Shown here piece after piece: positions 13,059 to 26,751 of a stretch of 64,000 nt of DNA. This DNA is from Azolla caroliniana (lineage: Eukaryota > Plantae > Polypodiophyta): NCBI GenBank assembly GCA_043228905.1, contig JBHGNT010000012.1, positions 6,138,001-6,202,000 on the forward strand, read 5' to 3'. Position 1 is the first letter of the stretch. Each line of letters begins with the position of its first letter. The notes under the pieces were generated by a model that saw only the letters and a program-made list of their open reading frames with translations, searched no databases and was not told the DNA's origin. The position numbers were made by a program, and so were the translations under genes.

Positions 13059-14595
13059 TCTATTATCGTCTTCGGAGGTCAAATATGACCTATGAGACCA
13101 AAAATATTACATTTCACGTGATACGTGTGAAAGTGAGTAGGGACGCTTGATGTTCAAGAACTTTACCAATGAATGTTGCAATCGAGAGTGCACATTGTGG
13201 TTGTGAGAGAAATTTGTGCAAGGATTGGGCGCAATTGAAGAGATGTGGAAAGCATGGTTGAATATGATCAAAGGCAGAGCATTGTATCAAAGTGTGATAC
13301 TTAGACTCTCGAACTTGTTTAGGGCAAAGTGTGCATAGTCGACCATTCTCATCACTTGTGCCCCAACGCCCCGTCTCACATCGTAATGCATGTGAGCTAA
13401 GTCGCATGGAAGCAATGGTCTGAATGGCAGATAACAGCATGGGCTCTAACATGTATCGATGTGTGAGGTTTCCCCGTTTTGTGAAGAATATGGTTTTGTA
13501 GTTAGGTGCAACATGTGTGGTATAATGTGTGAAGTGTGAGCCTCCACATTTCTCCAATGTCATTATACATTGGTGTTGCAAAAAGGCCTCATTTACAAAG
13601 GAATTTAGTGAGGCATCATGAATCAAGTGTGTTACATCCCATCTACCAAACCATTATTCCATATCTTGTGTCCAACCAGAACACACAATTTTGGTTTTAT
13701 GCGTCTTTTGGATATTTTTGCTTGCTTCCCATGCAATTCTAGGAAGTCGATGTGAGGGACATTTTTTAACCTTAAACATGTATTCAACAACCCTTTCCAA
13801 GGCCGTGATCTCAATGGGAAGTGATCTCGTTTCAAGGAGGAGGAGGGAGTAGGGCGTTTGTTTCTTAACTTGTACAAACTTTGTAAGAAAATGTTTTTGG
13901 ACATTTTCAAGGGATGCTACCACCCCATAGGGAAGCACCGGTGTCACCAAAGTGTCAAAAAGATATTTCATGAGGACCCAACACTTAATATCTCCATGGT
14001 TGCATGTGTTCTCAAATGCATAATATGCTCATTTTCCTGCCTCTAAGTGGGGAGTAGCACATTCATTCCATCTATAATTTGAAGGAACTTCAAGGCCAAG
14101 ATATTTGAAGCTTTCCACACATTCAAGTGGCTCATTATTGTACATAATGCACGGTTTATTTCTTTTTTTGTTCTTCACAAGCATAATCTTTGTTTTAGTG
14201 CTATTGACACTTAATTTAGTATGCATGCAAATTTTTTCCAATGCCTTCATAAGCTTCTGTGCATCTCCTAAAGTATTTGCAAAAAGCACTACATCATCCG
14301 CATATAGCAAAAGCATAATGACAACATTCCCAATGGCTACTTCTTCAATACATTCTTCCTTTACAAACTTGGCAACCATTTCTTCTAATTCGTCAATGCA
14401 TAGACCAAATAGAGTTGGTGAGAGTGGGCATCCTTGCTTAACACCAATAGTGCTATTGAAATTTTTTTAAAGTCTATCGCTCATTCGCACAACATATAAC
14501 ATTCTCATATATTCGGGAAATTTCAAGCATATATTCACTTGGCACCTTGAGTTCTTCCATTTGCCTCCAAAGATGCTCACGAGGTACCATGTCAT
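13030..14595 (-). mobile_element. 5'-truncated RTE/RTEX-like LINE (RT C-half plus zinc-knuckle-like tail), frameshifted
   Basis: GVKQGCPLSPTLFG, LLLYADDVVL, KTKIM, ESFKYLG, SHALRCETGRW...CTLC...YHTLIQC. (TATC)n tail at about 13030-13057. Confidence 0.92.
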
Positions 14596-14743
14596 TCTCC
14601 TTCCCTAGCCATATTATTTAATAGTGTTAGAATAGTTATAACCACTAAGTGTCAATGGACTCAATAGGCATCCTCATCTCAACAATTTTCAAAGTAGAAT
14701 GGGACACCACCATTAAGAAACATATGCAATTTTGACCCCTCCC

Positions 14744-15085
14744 TAGCACTCGACAACGGTTCGGTTTGAAGCAAAATGAACCGTGAAACCGCGGCTTAAC
14801 GATTTAAACAGTTTGGTTTGGTTTAGTTCAAGTTCAAGTTTTTGTAAATGAATCGGTTTCGGTTTGGTTCAGTTCGAGCCTTTATCGGTTTAACAGGTTT
14901 CAGTTTAAATGGTTCAAATGGTTAAAAAATTTAAATTTTGAAATATTGAAAAATCTAAAAATTTTGAAATTAAATGTGAAATTTTGGTTTTTTATTTTAA
15001 CTTAAAAACCAAAATTGAACCGCAAAACCGCGTTTTTAACAATTTAGCCGTTTGAAAGTCTCTAAAACCATTGATTTAGCCGTTT
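14744..15085. mobile_element. Degenerate hAT-MITE-like copy
   Basis: Starts TAGCACTCGACAACGGTTCGGTTTG, followed by GGTTT/AACCG arrays as in 4363-4970. Right end not resolved. Confidence 0.55.
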
Positions 15086-15099
15086 CATAGTTCATCGCC

Positions 15100-15600
15100 A
15101 TTGAATTATTAGGATATTGTATAGATTATCATCCCTCTAAGTACATGTTGTGCCCTATTAATAACCTTGGGCAAACACTTTTGCAATTTGTTGGCAATAA
15201 CCTTAGCAATTTTTTTATTTATCCCCTCAATCAAAGAAGTGTGCTTCCATCGATTAAAGTGTGTGATGGAGCCTTATTTAAAAGTTTAATAAACCAAATT
15301 TCCACGATTTAAGCTTGTGTTGAAATTCTAAACTTGTTGTCAACTGTACCCCATAAATTTGGAAGATTTTGCTTGTTAATCCATCCCATCCAAGACTCTT
15401 ATCAATAGAATGATGAAATATGACCACCATTACCTCATCCTCCATGATATCTCTATCAACATTTTTAGTATCCTCTAGTGGTATATGATTCTTAACCCCA
15501 AGGATAAATGCATATCACAAACATCTACCATCTCATTAGTTAAACAACCAAAGCCAAACATGCTTGTAAAATGATATCTAGTTTTATATACATTTGCCTC
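15100..15600 (-). mobile_element. Degenerate L1-type LINE RT fragment
   Basis: Minus strand reads KKIAKVIANKLQKCLPKVINRAQ, resembling the L1 RT KIxxKxLxxRL motif. Confidence 0.55.
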
Positions 15601-15614
15601 TCCTCCTTTATCCT

Positions 15615-15970
15615 TGCCATATTATATCTAGCACTTGTTTGGTGTAATCCACATGAAAATGAATGTAGTTGACAATTATTGTATTGAGGTTCTATGTGGC
15701 TTTGATGTATACGATATTGAGAACATTTCTATGAATCGATGAAGTTATGCCTCCATGTCAATATTGTTGCCCCAATGATCCAAGCCTCTGTATGCCATAT
15801 TATATCTAGAACTTGTTTGGCGTAATCCACATAAAAATGAATGTAGTTGACAATTATTGTATTGAAGTTTTGTGTGGCTTTGATGTACACGACTTTGAGA
15901 ACATTTCTATGAATCGATGAAGTTATGCCTCCATGTCAATATCGTTGGCCCAAGGATGCGAGCCTCCGTA
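15615..15970. repeat. Tandem duplication, about 178-bp unit x2
   Basis: TGCCATATTATATCTAG...GAATCGATGAAGTTATGCCTCCATGTCAATAT begins at 15615 and again at 15793. Confidence 0.9.
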
Positions 15971-16560
15971 TACCCTATTAGTAACAAACAAGGCAAGAGT
16001 GGTTGTTAATCACATTCGAGTCTTTACTCCCACAACCCTAACCTTACTACATCTCAGTATCTCACATTAACTCCTAGCTTAACAGATCAAATAGGTCTTA
16101 ATGCGACTTAATTGTTAGTACACATACACATAAGATAAGTACAAACATAAATAAGACAACCACTTCTATTAATATAAATGTATATTGCACACATCAAGAG
16201 GTAGAGTAATTAGGGTTTAGGTAATTAAAATTTAACCTATAACACTCTCTAGCTCAACTAAAATATTAAGAAAATGAGATTAGAGCTCTAGTTAAGATAA
16301 TATGAAAGGAGAAAAATCCAATAAGGAAGAAGAGCTATCAAAGTCACCGAAATGTCTTTCTATAACTTTTTACAATGAGGTTGGGCCTCTTTCACAATAA
16401 AGTGGCCATTTGGCCTCTAGTTTTGGATGAGATTTGCTCTATCCCCTTTCCCTAGTGTTCCTTCGAGCTTTATCTCTACTTTGGTGTTGGTGTCTTTGTG
16501 GGTCATGTCTCGGATGGCAGGTACTTGACAAGTGGTTGTTTCATTTTGTTGATAGTTATT
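15960..16560 (-). repeat. Dispersed repeat; inverted relative of about 38700-39200
   Basis: Reverse complement contains GTGACTTTGATAGCTCTTCT...TTTTCTCCTT and TAACAACCACTCTTG...ACTAATAGGGTAT. These match 38876 GTGACTTTTGTAGCTCTTCT...TTTTCTCCTT and 39161 GACAACTACCCTTG...ACTAAAAGGGTAT. Confidence 0.6.
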
Positions 16561-16908
16561 ATCTTGAAACTCTCAAATACATTTAACAAAATAAGTTGTA
16601 CTTCTAATAATTCTCCATCTCTCATACTTAGCAACAACAAAACAATATATCTCTCTACTATCTAGCAAATTAGCTACGGCATATAGTCTTTGTCTCTTCA
16701 ACAAGCATAATGCATACCATAAATTTTGGACAATTTATGTACAATTTCTAAAAACATTTCCTAATGCAATTACCTCCATTTGAATGTGTTATGAGAATTC
16801 CTCCATTACTTATCCCATATTGTAAAGAATCGGGTGTGATTCTGTGTAGCGGAAATGATCTATGTGTGTGCGGGAGAGATAGATATATTATATTATCATC
16901 TTCAAAGG

Positions 16909-16983
<75 letters not shown>

Positions 16984-17299
16984 ATATAGAAAACTATATT
17001 CACAAGGAGCAAGATGAATCAACAGCTTATGTAGTCACCTTCTCTCTATGTTCTCTCACTACAACCACCACTTGGAAAGGAGGTGGACACTTAACTACCT
17101 ACTAAGTATGTGTCATAGGACTTAACTTCTATGACACTTCGTTTATGATACAAGGAGGTGGGATGTTCACACACTTGGGTATTCCTAAGGTGTGTTCGGG
17201 CCACACTAGGGAAGTTGAGTTTGATTCTCAACACATATAATTCCAAACTCCTCTAGTCAAGGAGTGGTGAGTTAAGTTTTTAGTGGGGGCTTTCCTAAT

Positions 17300-18950
17300 A
17301 TGTGCTTGAAATGTGCTACAAAATGTCGCATGAATTCAAACACTATTGAAAAATGTTATGAGCCACAATGATTATAAGATAGAAAGATATCCATTACTTT
17401 GGCCTCAACAAGAGTCCAACATGCTCAAGCCATCGGAGATGACCACATATAATTTTTGGTTATCAATCTAAATAACATTGATAAACCCATGAAAGTATGG
17501 GAACTATTTGTCGTTGCTTTAGGTTTGAGAATTATCATATTTAGAGAGGGGGCTTTAGAATCTAGGTTAGGTAGGTATGACTATTCCACGTAGGATAAAT
17601 TGTTGAGACTTACTTTACCCCCATTGGGGTGGATATGTCTGGTCAGGGATAAATTCAAGTATTGGAAGACACAAAGATTGCCTTTTCATCTAAAAGATAG
17701 CCTTTTTATCTAAAACTAGGAGTGATATATGCTATTCTAGTTATGGTTTTGTACTTCGTGTCTCCATTACCATCATCAAGAAACACAATTGATAAGCCAA
17801 AAAACATAACACACTTTTTTGTTATGAAGAAAAAGGACAAATTGGACAAGCTTGAATAACATGGCAAAAGTTGTGCAATCCAAAAAGATTGGGCAAGGTG
17901 GCAATCTTTAACTTGCATGACCACGTGGTGGCATGAAGATCTTGTTTTCTTTGAAGTATGTTTGAGTGTAACCAGCCATGGACAAAAATGATGACTTTCT
18001 TTACGGAAGAAAATATGATTCAATATGGAGGAACAAACCAATTTATCGAATATAGTAGGGAATTGTATTAAACAAGTCAATGCTAGTGGATCAATGTTAG
18101 TAAATCATTTGTTGACATCATGGTAGAAGGTGTTGGGATATGTATATGGGCGTCTACCACCACATTCACAATATGAAAGTTCTTTGCCAAGTGAGTTATT
18201 ATGGACTTAAAGAGCATTGTGTCTAGGAGGAAAAGAATTCTTCCAAGGTTTAATTGCATCGAACAAGAAGGGTTGGGTTTATTACAACCAAAGATGCTAT
18301 GTTGTCCACCAAGAGAACAAGGAGGTTGAAATCGGCTCTCCGACAAGCATTTCAAGAGTTGGGATTCCCTAATCACAGAGTGTCAGAGTAGCTCGCATAG
18401 CACAGGCGTTATGATACGGTTCGGTGAGGCATTCGGGGGTTTATGGAATGCTTGGAGGATGCAATGGATTTTACACTAAATATAGAAGTGTTCGTGCACT
18501 ACCATGTCTATCTCTATGGTTTTCAGGGATAAGGACGGAAACCCAGCCAGTATGGGAGATACTGAGTAGTAAGATTGTTAAAGCATCACTAGCTAAATTG
18601 GTTACAAATATATTGGCTAGACATGGGTCATACTTTGAAGGGTCGATGGGATGGTATAGTTGGAGATTCTGATGCTAAAATTGCTCAATGTCACGAGTTT
18701 CTTTGCGTGTGGACAACTAACTCCATTCATGACCTCTGAGAGTGGCACTCCTTTCTGGCACTTCCAACCTCCGAAATGGTTGTTTCCTCCGTCGATCGCA
18801 TAGAGTCCAAAATCTTGTAAACTGTATCTCGTAAACATACATTACATAACATAACATAACATAACATAACATACATTACATACATGCATACATACATAAC
18901 ATAACATAACATAACATAACATAACATACATACATACATACATACATATA
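17300..18950 (+). mobile_element. Degenerate 3' part of an L1-type LINE with (ACATA)n tail
   Basis: CCPPREQGG (CxPKxxGGLG-like), WYSWRF and WHFQPPKWL parallel WYVWQT and RWNYQPPH in the L1 at 60945-62470. Microsatellite at 18835-18950. Confidence 0.6.
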
Positions 18951-19099
18951 ACGTAATATTCGTGTTCGTGCAAGCATTCAAACGTTTGGAAACGAACACG
19001 TTTGAAATGGGAAAAATACGTGCTCCTTTTTTTTGTTGTTTATGTCTCGGGTTTGACTCCCAATTTTCTCATCTCTTTCTCTCTCTCTCTCATTAGTAC

Positions 19100-19460
19100 C
19101 ATGTTGTAGCAAAATTTTATGTTAGTGTTATAATAGTATTTTTCTTTTATAAGTTGTTGTGCTACTACTATTACTTGTGTTTTGGGTTCAATTCCCTACT
19201 TTCTCATATCCTCTTGTTAGTGTCATGGCAAAATTTTATGTTAGTGTCATGTTCCTTTTTCTTCTTTTTCTTTCTTTCTTTATTATTAGAAATTAGCTCA
19301 CCAAGTGGTAAATTGTTATGCTACTACTGCCTATGTCATGGCAAAATTTTATGTTAGTGTCATGTTCCTTTTTCTTTCTTTCTTTCTTTCTTTCTTTGTT
19401 ATTAGAAATTAGGTCACCCTAGTGGTAAGTTGTTATGCTACTACTGCCTATGTCATGTTT
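19100..19460. repeat. Tandem repeat, about 113-117-bp unit x3
   Basis: GCAAAATTTTATGTTAGTGT...GTTRTGCTACTACT recurs three times. Confidence 0.85.
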
Positions 19461-19903
19461 TCTTCATATTCTCGAATATACGTTTTATGAGTTTTTGAAC
19501 GTTTGATTATAATTCAGAATGACATATTTTGATTCAATCTCTATAGTTCATACTCATTTTTTTGTAAAGTTCTAAAGTGAGGATGATACAAATGTCTTGA
19601 TTCGTATCCCAAAAGTATGCATGTGATACAATGCAAATATTGCAACCATACTTATGTTGGTGGTTCACAATGGATTAGAGTCCACTTATTGGGATTGAGA
19701 GTGAATCAATATATAAATAATATAGACCCTAGTCAATCCAATCCAATCCAACTTTGAGATAGATTTACCATACACGTTTGATTGAAGAAGGCGCGAATGC
19801 GAATGCGAATGCACGTATGATACGTATGGTTCATTCTATGAAGAAGAAGAGGGTTCCCTTTTTTCTCTGTATTTTATGTGGGCGATTTTGTAAAACAGAG
19901 AAA

Positions 19904-19942
<39 letters not shown>

Positions 19943-20150
19943 ATCAGACAGAGACAGAGACAGAGACAGAGGAGGTGGAGGTGGAGGACGCAGACAGAGG
20001 AGAGAGGGAAAAAACCCACAGTGTAGATGAGGCATTGAAAGAAAGAAAAGGAAAGACAGAAAGAAACTTATTGCACAAGAGAGACAGACCTATTCAGAGT
20101 AGAAGAAGGAGAAGAAGCGCTTGGAAGGACAGGTAAAGAAAGAGGAAATA

Positions 20151-20801
20151 ATGAATTCGAAGGCAAAGGAGCCCACCACAGCTCCTCCATCTGAGCAATG
20201 GTTCCCTCTCTCCCTCGGCTCTAGCTTCACTGATGATCCTTCTACCTCCTCCTCTCGCTTCTACAGCTTGCGATGTAAGTAAGATCTTTCCTGCTTCGTG
20301 GCTTGTCTTCGTTTTTCTTTCTTTCTTTCTTTTGCTTCTTCCGATTGGATTGATAAAACAAGTATCTTCTTTGTTCATATGTTCAATTAGGTGCATCTCA
20401 TGTCAATTCCATTAGATCTTCTCTGGAGGAAGGGAGTAAGAGATAGAGGGATCTGTGTTTCCTATAGTTTTAGGTGCAATCTCATGCCAGCAGAAAACAA
20501 ACCCTTTGTAATTGGTTGTTTGCTGATCGTCTACAAGTGTGTATCTCCAGACAGAGAGAGAAACGAAAGAAAGGAAGAAAAAAAAAGAGGACACATTAAC
20601 ATCAACTAGAGGCTGCAAATCATAATATACAAATACAGGTTATCCATACTGAAGAAAAAAAAGGGTTTTAGGTTTCCTAAGGGTCAATGACATTTGAATT
20701 ATAAAACACAGATTTTGGTAGAAGTTCAAGTGCTACAAAAAAATGGGCGTACGAAACAAACCTTGTACAACTGTGCATGTCCTGTGAGTGACGGTGAGTC
20801 T

Positions 20802-20854
<53 letters not shown>

Positions 20855-21160
20855 GATGATTTATGATGTCATGATCATGATCATATATTAACATCCATGG
20901 GAGGCAATAGGACCTTCACAGATAGATAGATAGATAGATACATACATACATACATACATACATACATACATGGGTTTTATTATTGTATTTGGAGGTGAAA
21001 CATGGCTGATGATACCAAAAATATAACATTTTCATTTCCATGTAATACATGTGAAAGTGAGTAGCGACTCTCAATGTTCAAGAACTTTGCTAATAATGTC
21101 ACAATTGTGAGTGTACAACTGTGATTGTGAGAGAATGTGATCAACGGCAGAGCATTGTAT

Positions 21161-21198
<38 letters not shown>

Positions 21199-23003
21199 AT
21201 ATTTTTGTTGCAGATGAATTTAAACCAGCATCTATAGACACAACACGCCCTGGTACACTGTTTAAGAATGCAGAAAACAAAGTTACTGTTGATTTCTGCA
21301 ATAATCAAGCTGGTAAGCCCAAAGTTTCATTTCAAGGAAACAGTGAAGATTGCAGAGATCTCGATGGCGTAATTTTCTTTGATGGGAAGAGCTTTAGGTT
21401 GGAAAGATTGCATAAAGCTGTAAAGAGCCTACGACATGTAAGACTCCCTGGAGAGTCTTCAAATGCTAGCAGTAATGTGAGTGTTATGGGTAGTGGAGTA
21501 GCTTCAGCTGTGGAGTCAACAACATCGCCAGGTCATCTCAATGGAGGATTGATCTCGTCTAATCTTGGGTCCATTCCTTCTAATGTCAACGTAGAAAGGA
21601 TAAATCCTCTGGTATATTGTCTATCTCAGAAATCGTTTTTGGATCAATTCATCTAGCTGCTTGTTTATAGATAAACGAAAATGCTTTCATTATTTCCCCA
21701 TCTATAGCGTTTGTATCTGCTATTTGAGCAAGTAATCCCATTGTTTTTCAATGGAATAGGTGGTTTGAGTAAATTTAGGGGTTTGTTTTTCAATTTGATA
21801 GGTGGTTTGAGTAATTTTAGGGTCATTTTTGTTCCCTCTTATCTGTTTTGAGGTTTGAACTGGGGCATTAGGGGAATTGATGAAAACTCAGGGATGTTCA
21901 GATAAATGAAGAAAAACACAGGATATTGCAGAGCTTATTCTTTTGTTTATATTTGTACTGAAATTGCTCTAGACTTCTCATGTCATGATCTTGTTCTATG
22001 TAGGTTCAAATAGAGGAAATTCATGTTGGTCAAGCCACTCAAGCCGAAAATCCAGGTATTTCTTCCATCAGTAAGATATCAGCATCTTCTATGTGCCTAA
22101 ACTGGGGCATGCTGATGAAGTTGACTGTCTTGCATGTTATGAGCTGGATAATCCAATGTTTAAGATTGCCCAGATAGCTTTCATCTTTGTATGCCTATCT
22201 TTTATCTTATTATTACGATGCCTCTTTTTCCTGAGTTTAGTGGTTGTGATACATGGGAAAATTACCAAATATGCTGGTATGCATTAGATTTTCAAAAAGT
22301 ATGCTTGATTATTTTCAAAATTACACATATATGGTTGGTCAAAATTGAGGGTTCATGTCATTCGCAGCCTTGACTTTAAATTTCTACTACAGTCGGCATA
22401 AATTTCCTTATTTATATGTAAATAATGCTCTTAATGTTCTGCATTTTGCCAAATTCTTCTTCCATCGTATGGGACTAATACCAAGCTTTTCTTTTTGGTG
22501 CAGCTGAAAGGAAAATTATTAAAAGAAAGGCAGACACTACTGCAAAATTGACAGCAAAAGGAAAAATATCACCACCGGTAGCTGCAGTAGAATCACCACC
22601 ACTACCACCTATTGAAAACAAGTTTAATAATTATACTGAGGAGGTGCATGTGGAAATCGAGACAAATGAAGAAGAAGATGAGAAGTTAAAGAAACCAAAG
22701 GCATCAGAATCATTGCAAGCAGAAGTTAATATAGATGATGAGATTGTAAGTGACTATGAGATGATTGAGGATGTGGATGTGAGTGACGATGATGAAGGGG
22801 TGAATGCAGCAGAGGCACTAAGAGCTCAAGCAGCTGTCAATCAAAAGCAAGAAAGCTCAAGTGAGAGTAGTGGGAGCGGGAGCGGAAGTAGTGGTAGCGA
22901 GAGTGGAAGTGGGAGTGGAAGTGGAAGTAGTAGCAGCGGATCTGGGAGTGATGATGATGATGATGATGATGAAGACTCTGCGAGCTCAGCTGATGATATT
23001 TAA
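20151..23003 (+). CDS. EAF: ELL-associated factor (EAF) domain protein, Pol II elongation factor, 4 exons, about 357 aa
   Basis: Exons 20151-20274, 21214-21611, 22004-22055, 22504-23003 (GT-AG, 1074 nt open). EAF motifs WFPLSLGSSF, LRYEFKPASID, FQGNSED, IFFDGKSFRLERLH. Acidic Ser/Gly-rich C-terminus. Confidence 0.9.
20919..21160 (-). mobile_element. Short 3'-terminal fragment of the 13030-14595 LINE family in EAF intron 1
   Basis: TGTGAAAGTGAGTAG...ATGTTCAAGAACTTT...GGCAGAGCATTGTAT matches 13126-13288. (GATA)n(CATA)n tail. Confidence 0.8.
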
Positions 23004-24169
23004 CTGTTATTTACTACGAGGTGAGGACCGATTTCTATCTGTATGCGAGAGATTTTCTATAAGACTGGACATGCCTGGTTTTCTTATGTATAGGGGGTGC
23101 ATTGTAGACAAACAAGAGTATCATTGGCCCAACTTACCTAACCTACTTGGTGTGTGTTGCATTCAGCTGAAGTCCTCTTTCTACTCATGAAGTGTCTTGG
23201 TGTGTAGCATCCATGTCATTTGTTAACACTTACCGATCTAAAGAGGGGTTAGTCTATTCTTTTTAGATGTCTAGACTTTTGAAGTTTTTATCCAAAACAT
23301 ATATTCCAGGATGAAGAATAGTTGTATGTGTGTTTTCTGCCTATTGAGCTAGTTTTATTAGTAAAGCTAATTGTACTGTAAGATGGGTTCTGTGCTCCTT
23401 CTCTTAATTCATCAATACATCTATAAAAATGCCAGTTTTTTTAATTGTAATCATAACATAATCTGCTTTCCACTCCTTATCATAATTCATCGATACATTC
23501 ACAAAGAAGACAAATTGTGGATTGCACATAATGTCTTGTTCTATATTATATTCTCAATTCTTGGAATTTCGAACCTTTTTTTTCTCAGACTATAATGTTA
23601 TTTCATATCTTTCTACTAATATATTCTGTGGTATGTATAGGTAAAATGTCACCCATGAGGTTTTAATTCATGTCCGAGGCATCATACTCATTCTTCACAC
23701 GATGAAGGCCCTTGCAGAGGTCTGAGATATGTATTGATAATAGTCCTTCATATATGATGATAAAGAGCATATGTAGAAAAATGCTTCATTATCTGCAAGT
23801 GGCTTTACATGATCTTCATCGTGATAGGCAAGAGGTGAAAAAAATAATAATGGAAAGATGACCATCATCATTCTTTTGGTAATGCTCTTATTTGCAGCTT
23901 TGGTACCTTGAAAAGGAACTCTTGCAACCTCTTCCTATTTATTGCTTAATGTGCTCACCTCAACTTTTAGTTGGGTATCTTGAAAACCCTATAATAGTGA
24001 GATGTTGTTTCATGAGATATGCATGAAAGAATTGTTCATCATAATAAAGAAAAGAGTTCCTAGTTACCGCCAGATATGTGAGTTATCCGATTTGTGACAG
24101 TTTTCAACCATTTTTAAAGAAGCAATGACTAGTAAAGAATTCATTTCTTTCTATGTTTCTCAATTGTGT

Positions 24170-24340
24170 TATTTGGTCATAATAGGGTTTTTGTTATGGT
24201 CATTGATTAATCATTGTAGTGAATGAATACATCTCCATCATGTAATCTACATTACACATTATTTAGTCATAATGAGGGTTGTGTTGTGGTCTTTGATGAA
24301 TCATTGTGTTAAATGAACACATGTCCATCATGTAACATAC
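24170..24340. repeat. Diverged tandem duplication, about 90 bp x2
   Basis: TTATTTRGTCATAAT...TCATTGT...TGAAYACATSTCCATCATGTAA occurs twice. Confidence 0.7.
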
Positions 24341-24454
24341 ACAAAAGTAAATACGTTTGAGGCTATTATATCCATCTTTGTGGATTTCTTCCCAATTATT
24401 TAGGCATGGGTTTACCATGCGTAGATGAACAAAATTCTCTTATTCTATGATGCC

Positions 24455-24670
24455 TAGCAATCAGCAAAGGTTTGATTTGAGTTGAATTGAACTGCATAAT
24501 CTGTGGTGAAAGGTTTGAATGTTTTTGTTTGGTTCAATTACGTTTAGGTTTGGAAAGTTGTAAACAATTCAGTTTGGGCTTGGTTTGGCTTGGGGGTTCA
24601 AGGGTTTAGTTTGAACCTATTGGCTTTAACCATTTATGGGTTAACTGGTTTGAAACCACAACTTAAATGG
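24455..24670. mobile_element. Degenerate hAT-MITE-like remnant
   Basis: Starts TAGCAATCAGCAAAGGTTTG with GGTTT arrays; inverse match to 11270-11373. Confidence 0.45.
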
Positions 24671-25589
24671 CTTGAGACATTTGTGTAATCTTGATTAAAT
24701 ATGAATTAACTTTACTTTTAGTTAAGAACTTAAGAGCTATAGCCTACTAATACATAAAGTTATTGTGTGAGCATATGCAAAAGGTTTCAACGTATTTAAA
24801 ACTTACATCCAAATGTCAAATAGAGAATGTTTAATTGTTGTGAATGTAGTGATCCACAAAGTCTTTCTAGAGGTAACAATGTCTCGTGATCCATGAGCAC
24901 ACATGTGCTATTGTGCAACCATAGTGTTGGGCAAACTCCCCAAGAAAATATAGGGGGAATTAGAGGAAGATGTAAAGATTAGAGGCCATAGGTGATACAA
25001 ACTTCTAAGTAATACAATCTAATAACATATAATTCTTTCTTATGTAATGACAATCAAATGTAAGTGGAATTGGCTTTTAGAGCAACAATTATATGTCATT
25101 CATCCTTATTTCGTGCGTACTCTTGTGATTATTATTTCATCTTCATCTTATGTAGTCTTTTGTGGAAATTAATTCTCCGCCCATACCAAATAATCGGTGA
25201 TGTGTAAAAGTGGTTTTCAAAACAAAGTATTTTCAAAGCATGATGATTCCAACAATTTTGTCACAATGTATACTTATGAGTTTATGCGATCAAGAAAGGA
25301 GGAGTTTTACATGAAAACTTCAAAATATCATTCGGCTTTATAGACCCCTTTCAAAAAGATAGTGACAACATCAATAATAGCTTCGGGTCAAGAACAACTC
25401 CACAAATGAATATCCACACAAATCAATTTATCCACCCCATGAATAGTGTTGTGAAGATATGTAATAAAACATAAGTCTTGCGATTGTGTAGGTTTGATAG
25501 CAAGTACATATTTTGCCTATTGTTTTGCTTGAACTTCTTCTAGGAAAACATTAGTATAAGAGTTCATTCATAAAAAGCGTCAAAGGTAC

Positions 25590-26145
25590 TGTTAGAAATG
25601 TTAAAATAACTATGCTACTTGATTCAAAAGCAAAGATAATATAAAGCCAGTTATTTATTATAAACAACAAAAGGAATGCATAATACAAGACAAAATTTAA
25701 CATGGAAACCCTCTAAGAGGGATAAAAACACCACAATACGAAGTCTAGAAAACTAGCCACTATAAGCAAATATAAGGTATAGCTATATCTTACTCTTAAT
25801 AAACCGGAGAGTTACAAAAACCAAGAGTAAAACACAACAAAGCACAAAATCACACCCAAAGTTCACTACACATATTGATGCCCAAGATGTCACCATTTGG
25901 TTGTCGGTGTTGATGGTGGAAGTAAAGAGGGTTGAATCATGCTCTCATGGTTCAACTCTACACACCCTCCGATTCTTCCCATATCTTTTGTCCTCTTCTC
26001 CCTTTCAAAAAGTAGTAGGGTATATATGTATACACATATATTAACCGACATTGGCACTATTCACACTATAGAAGAAGAAACTTAACATTTGGGCATATGT
26101 GACCCATTCACACACATGTAAAGCATGTGGCGAGACATACTAACA
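25590..26145. mobile_element. Solo LTR, 556 bp, probably Ty1/copia-type and in reverse orientation
   Basis: TGTTAG...CTAACA ends. 5-bp TSD GGTAC / AGTAC (1 mismatch). Internal TTTAACATGGAAACCC...GGGATAAAAACACC motif typical of copia LTRs. Confidence 0.7.
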
Positions 26146-26751
26146 AGTACCTCATCAAACACAAAAGTACCTCTTATTATCATGGGGTATAATGGACAAG
26201 TATGTTTTTGGGGGGGTAAACTCCAAGCAACTATAGGAGCCATGCTTTTGGTCGAGTATTTTCCTACAAGGTTTTGCGGGGAGTAGATTATGAAGTCGGC
26301 AATGGAGGAAGGTGTTCGTTACTAATGTTGCGGCATGTAGGTTAACCGATTTAGGCCTCAAGGTTAGGCCTCGAGGGTGGCTTTATGTGACAGACAGGTT
26401 GGAGCAGTTGAATGCATCACAAGTTTTTTATTTGATTTTAAAGATACTTTGCATTAGTTAGGTAGAGTGTCTTTACACTCTAGTAAGTACAACAGAAATG
26501 TAATCATAGACATTCAACCACATTACCCTAGTATGTGTTTATCATCCTGCAATATGTGTGTATCTTGTAAAAAGTTTCAGAAAACACAGAAGTTGAGCAC
26601 CCACATAACGGCAATCGCTTAAAAGTTAAAACACTTAAGGCTCCTTCCGGTCCTCATTAAATCGGTTTCACACATATAGTGCTTATATAGGTGAGAGGCT
26701 TGATGGAGGAGAGATCATTAAATCGGTTTCACACATATAGTGTTTATATAG

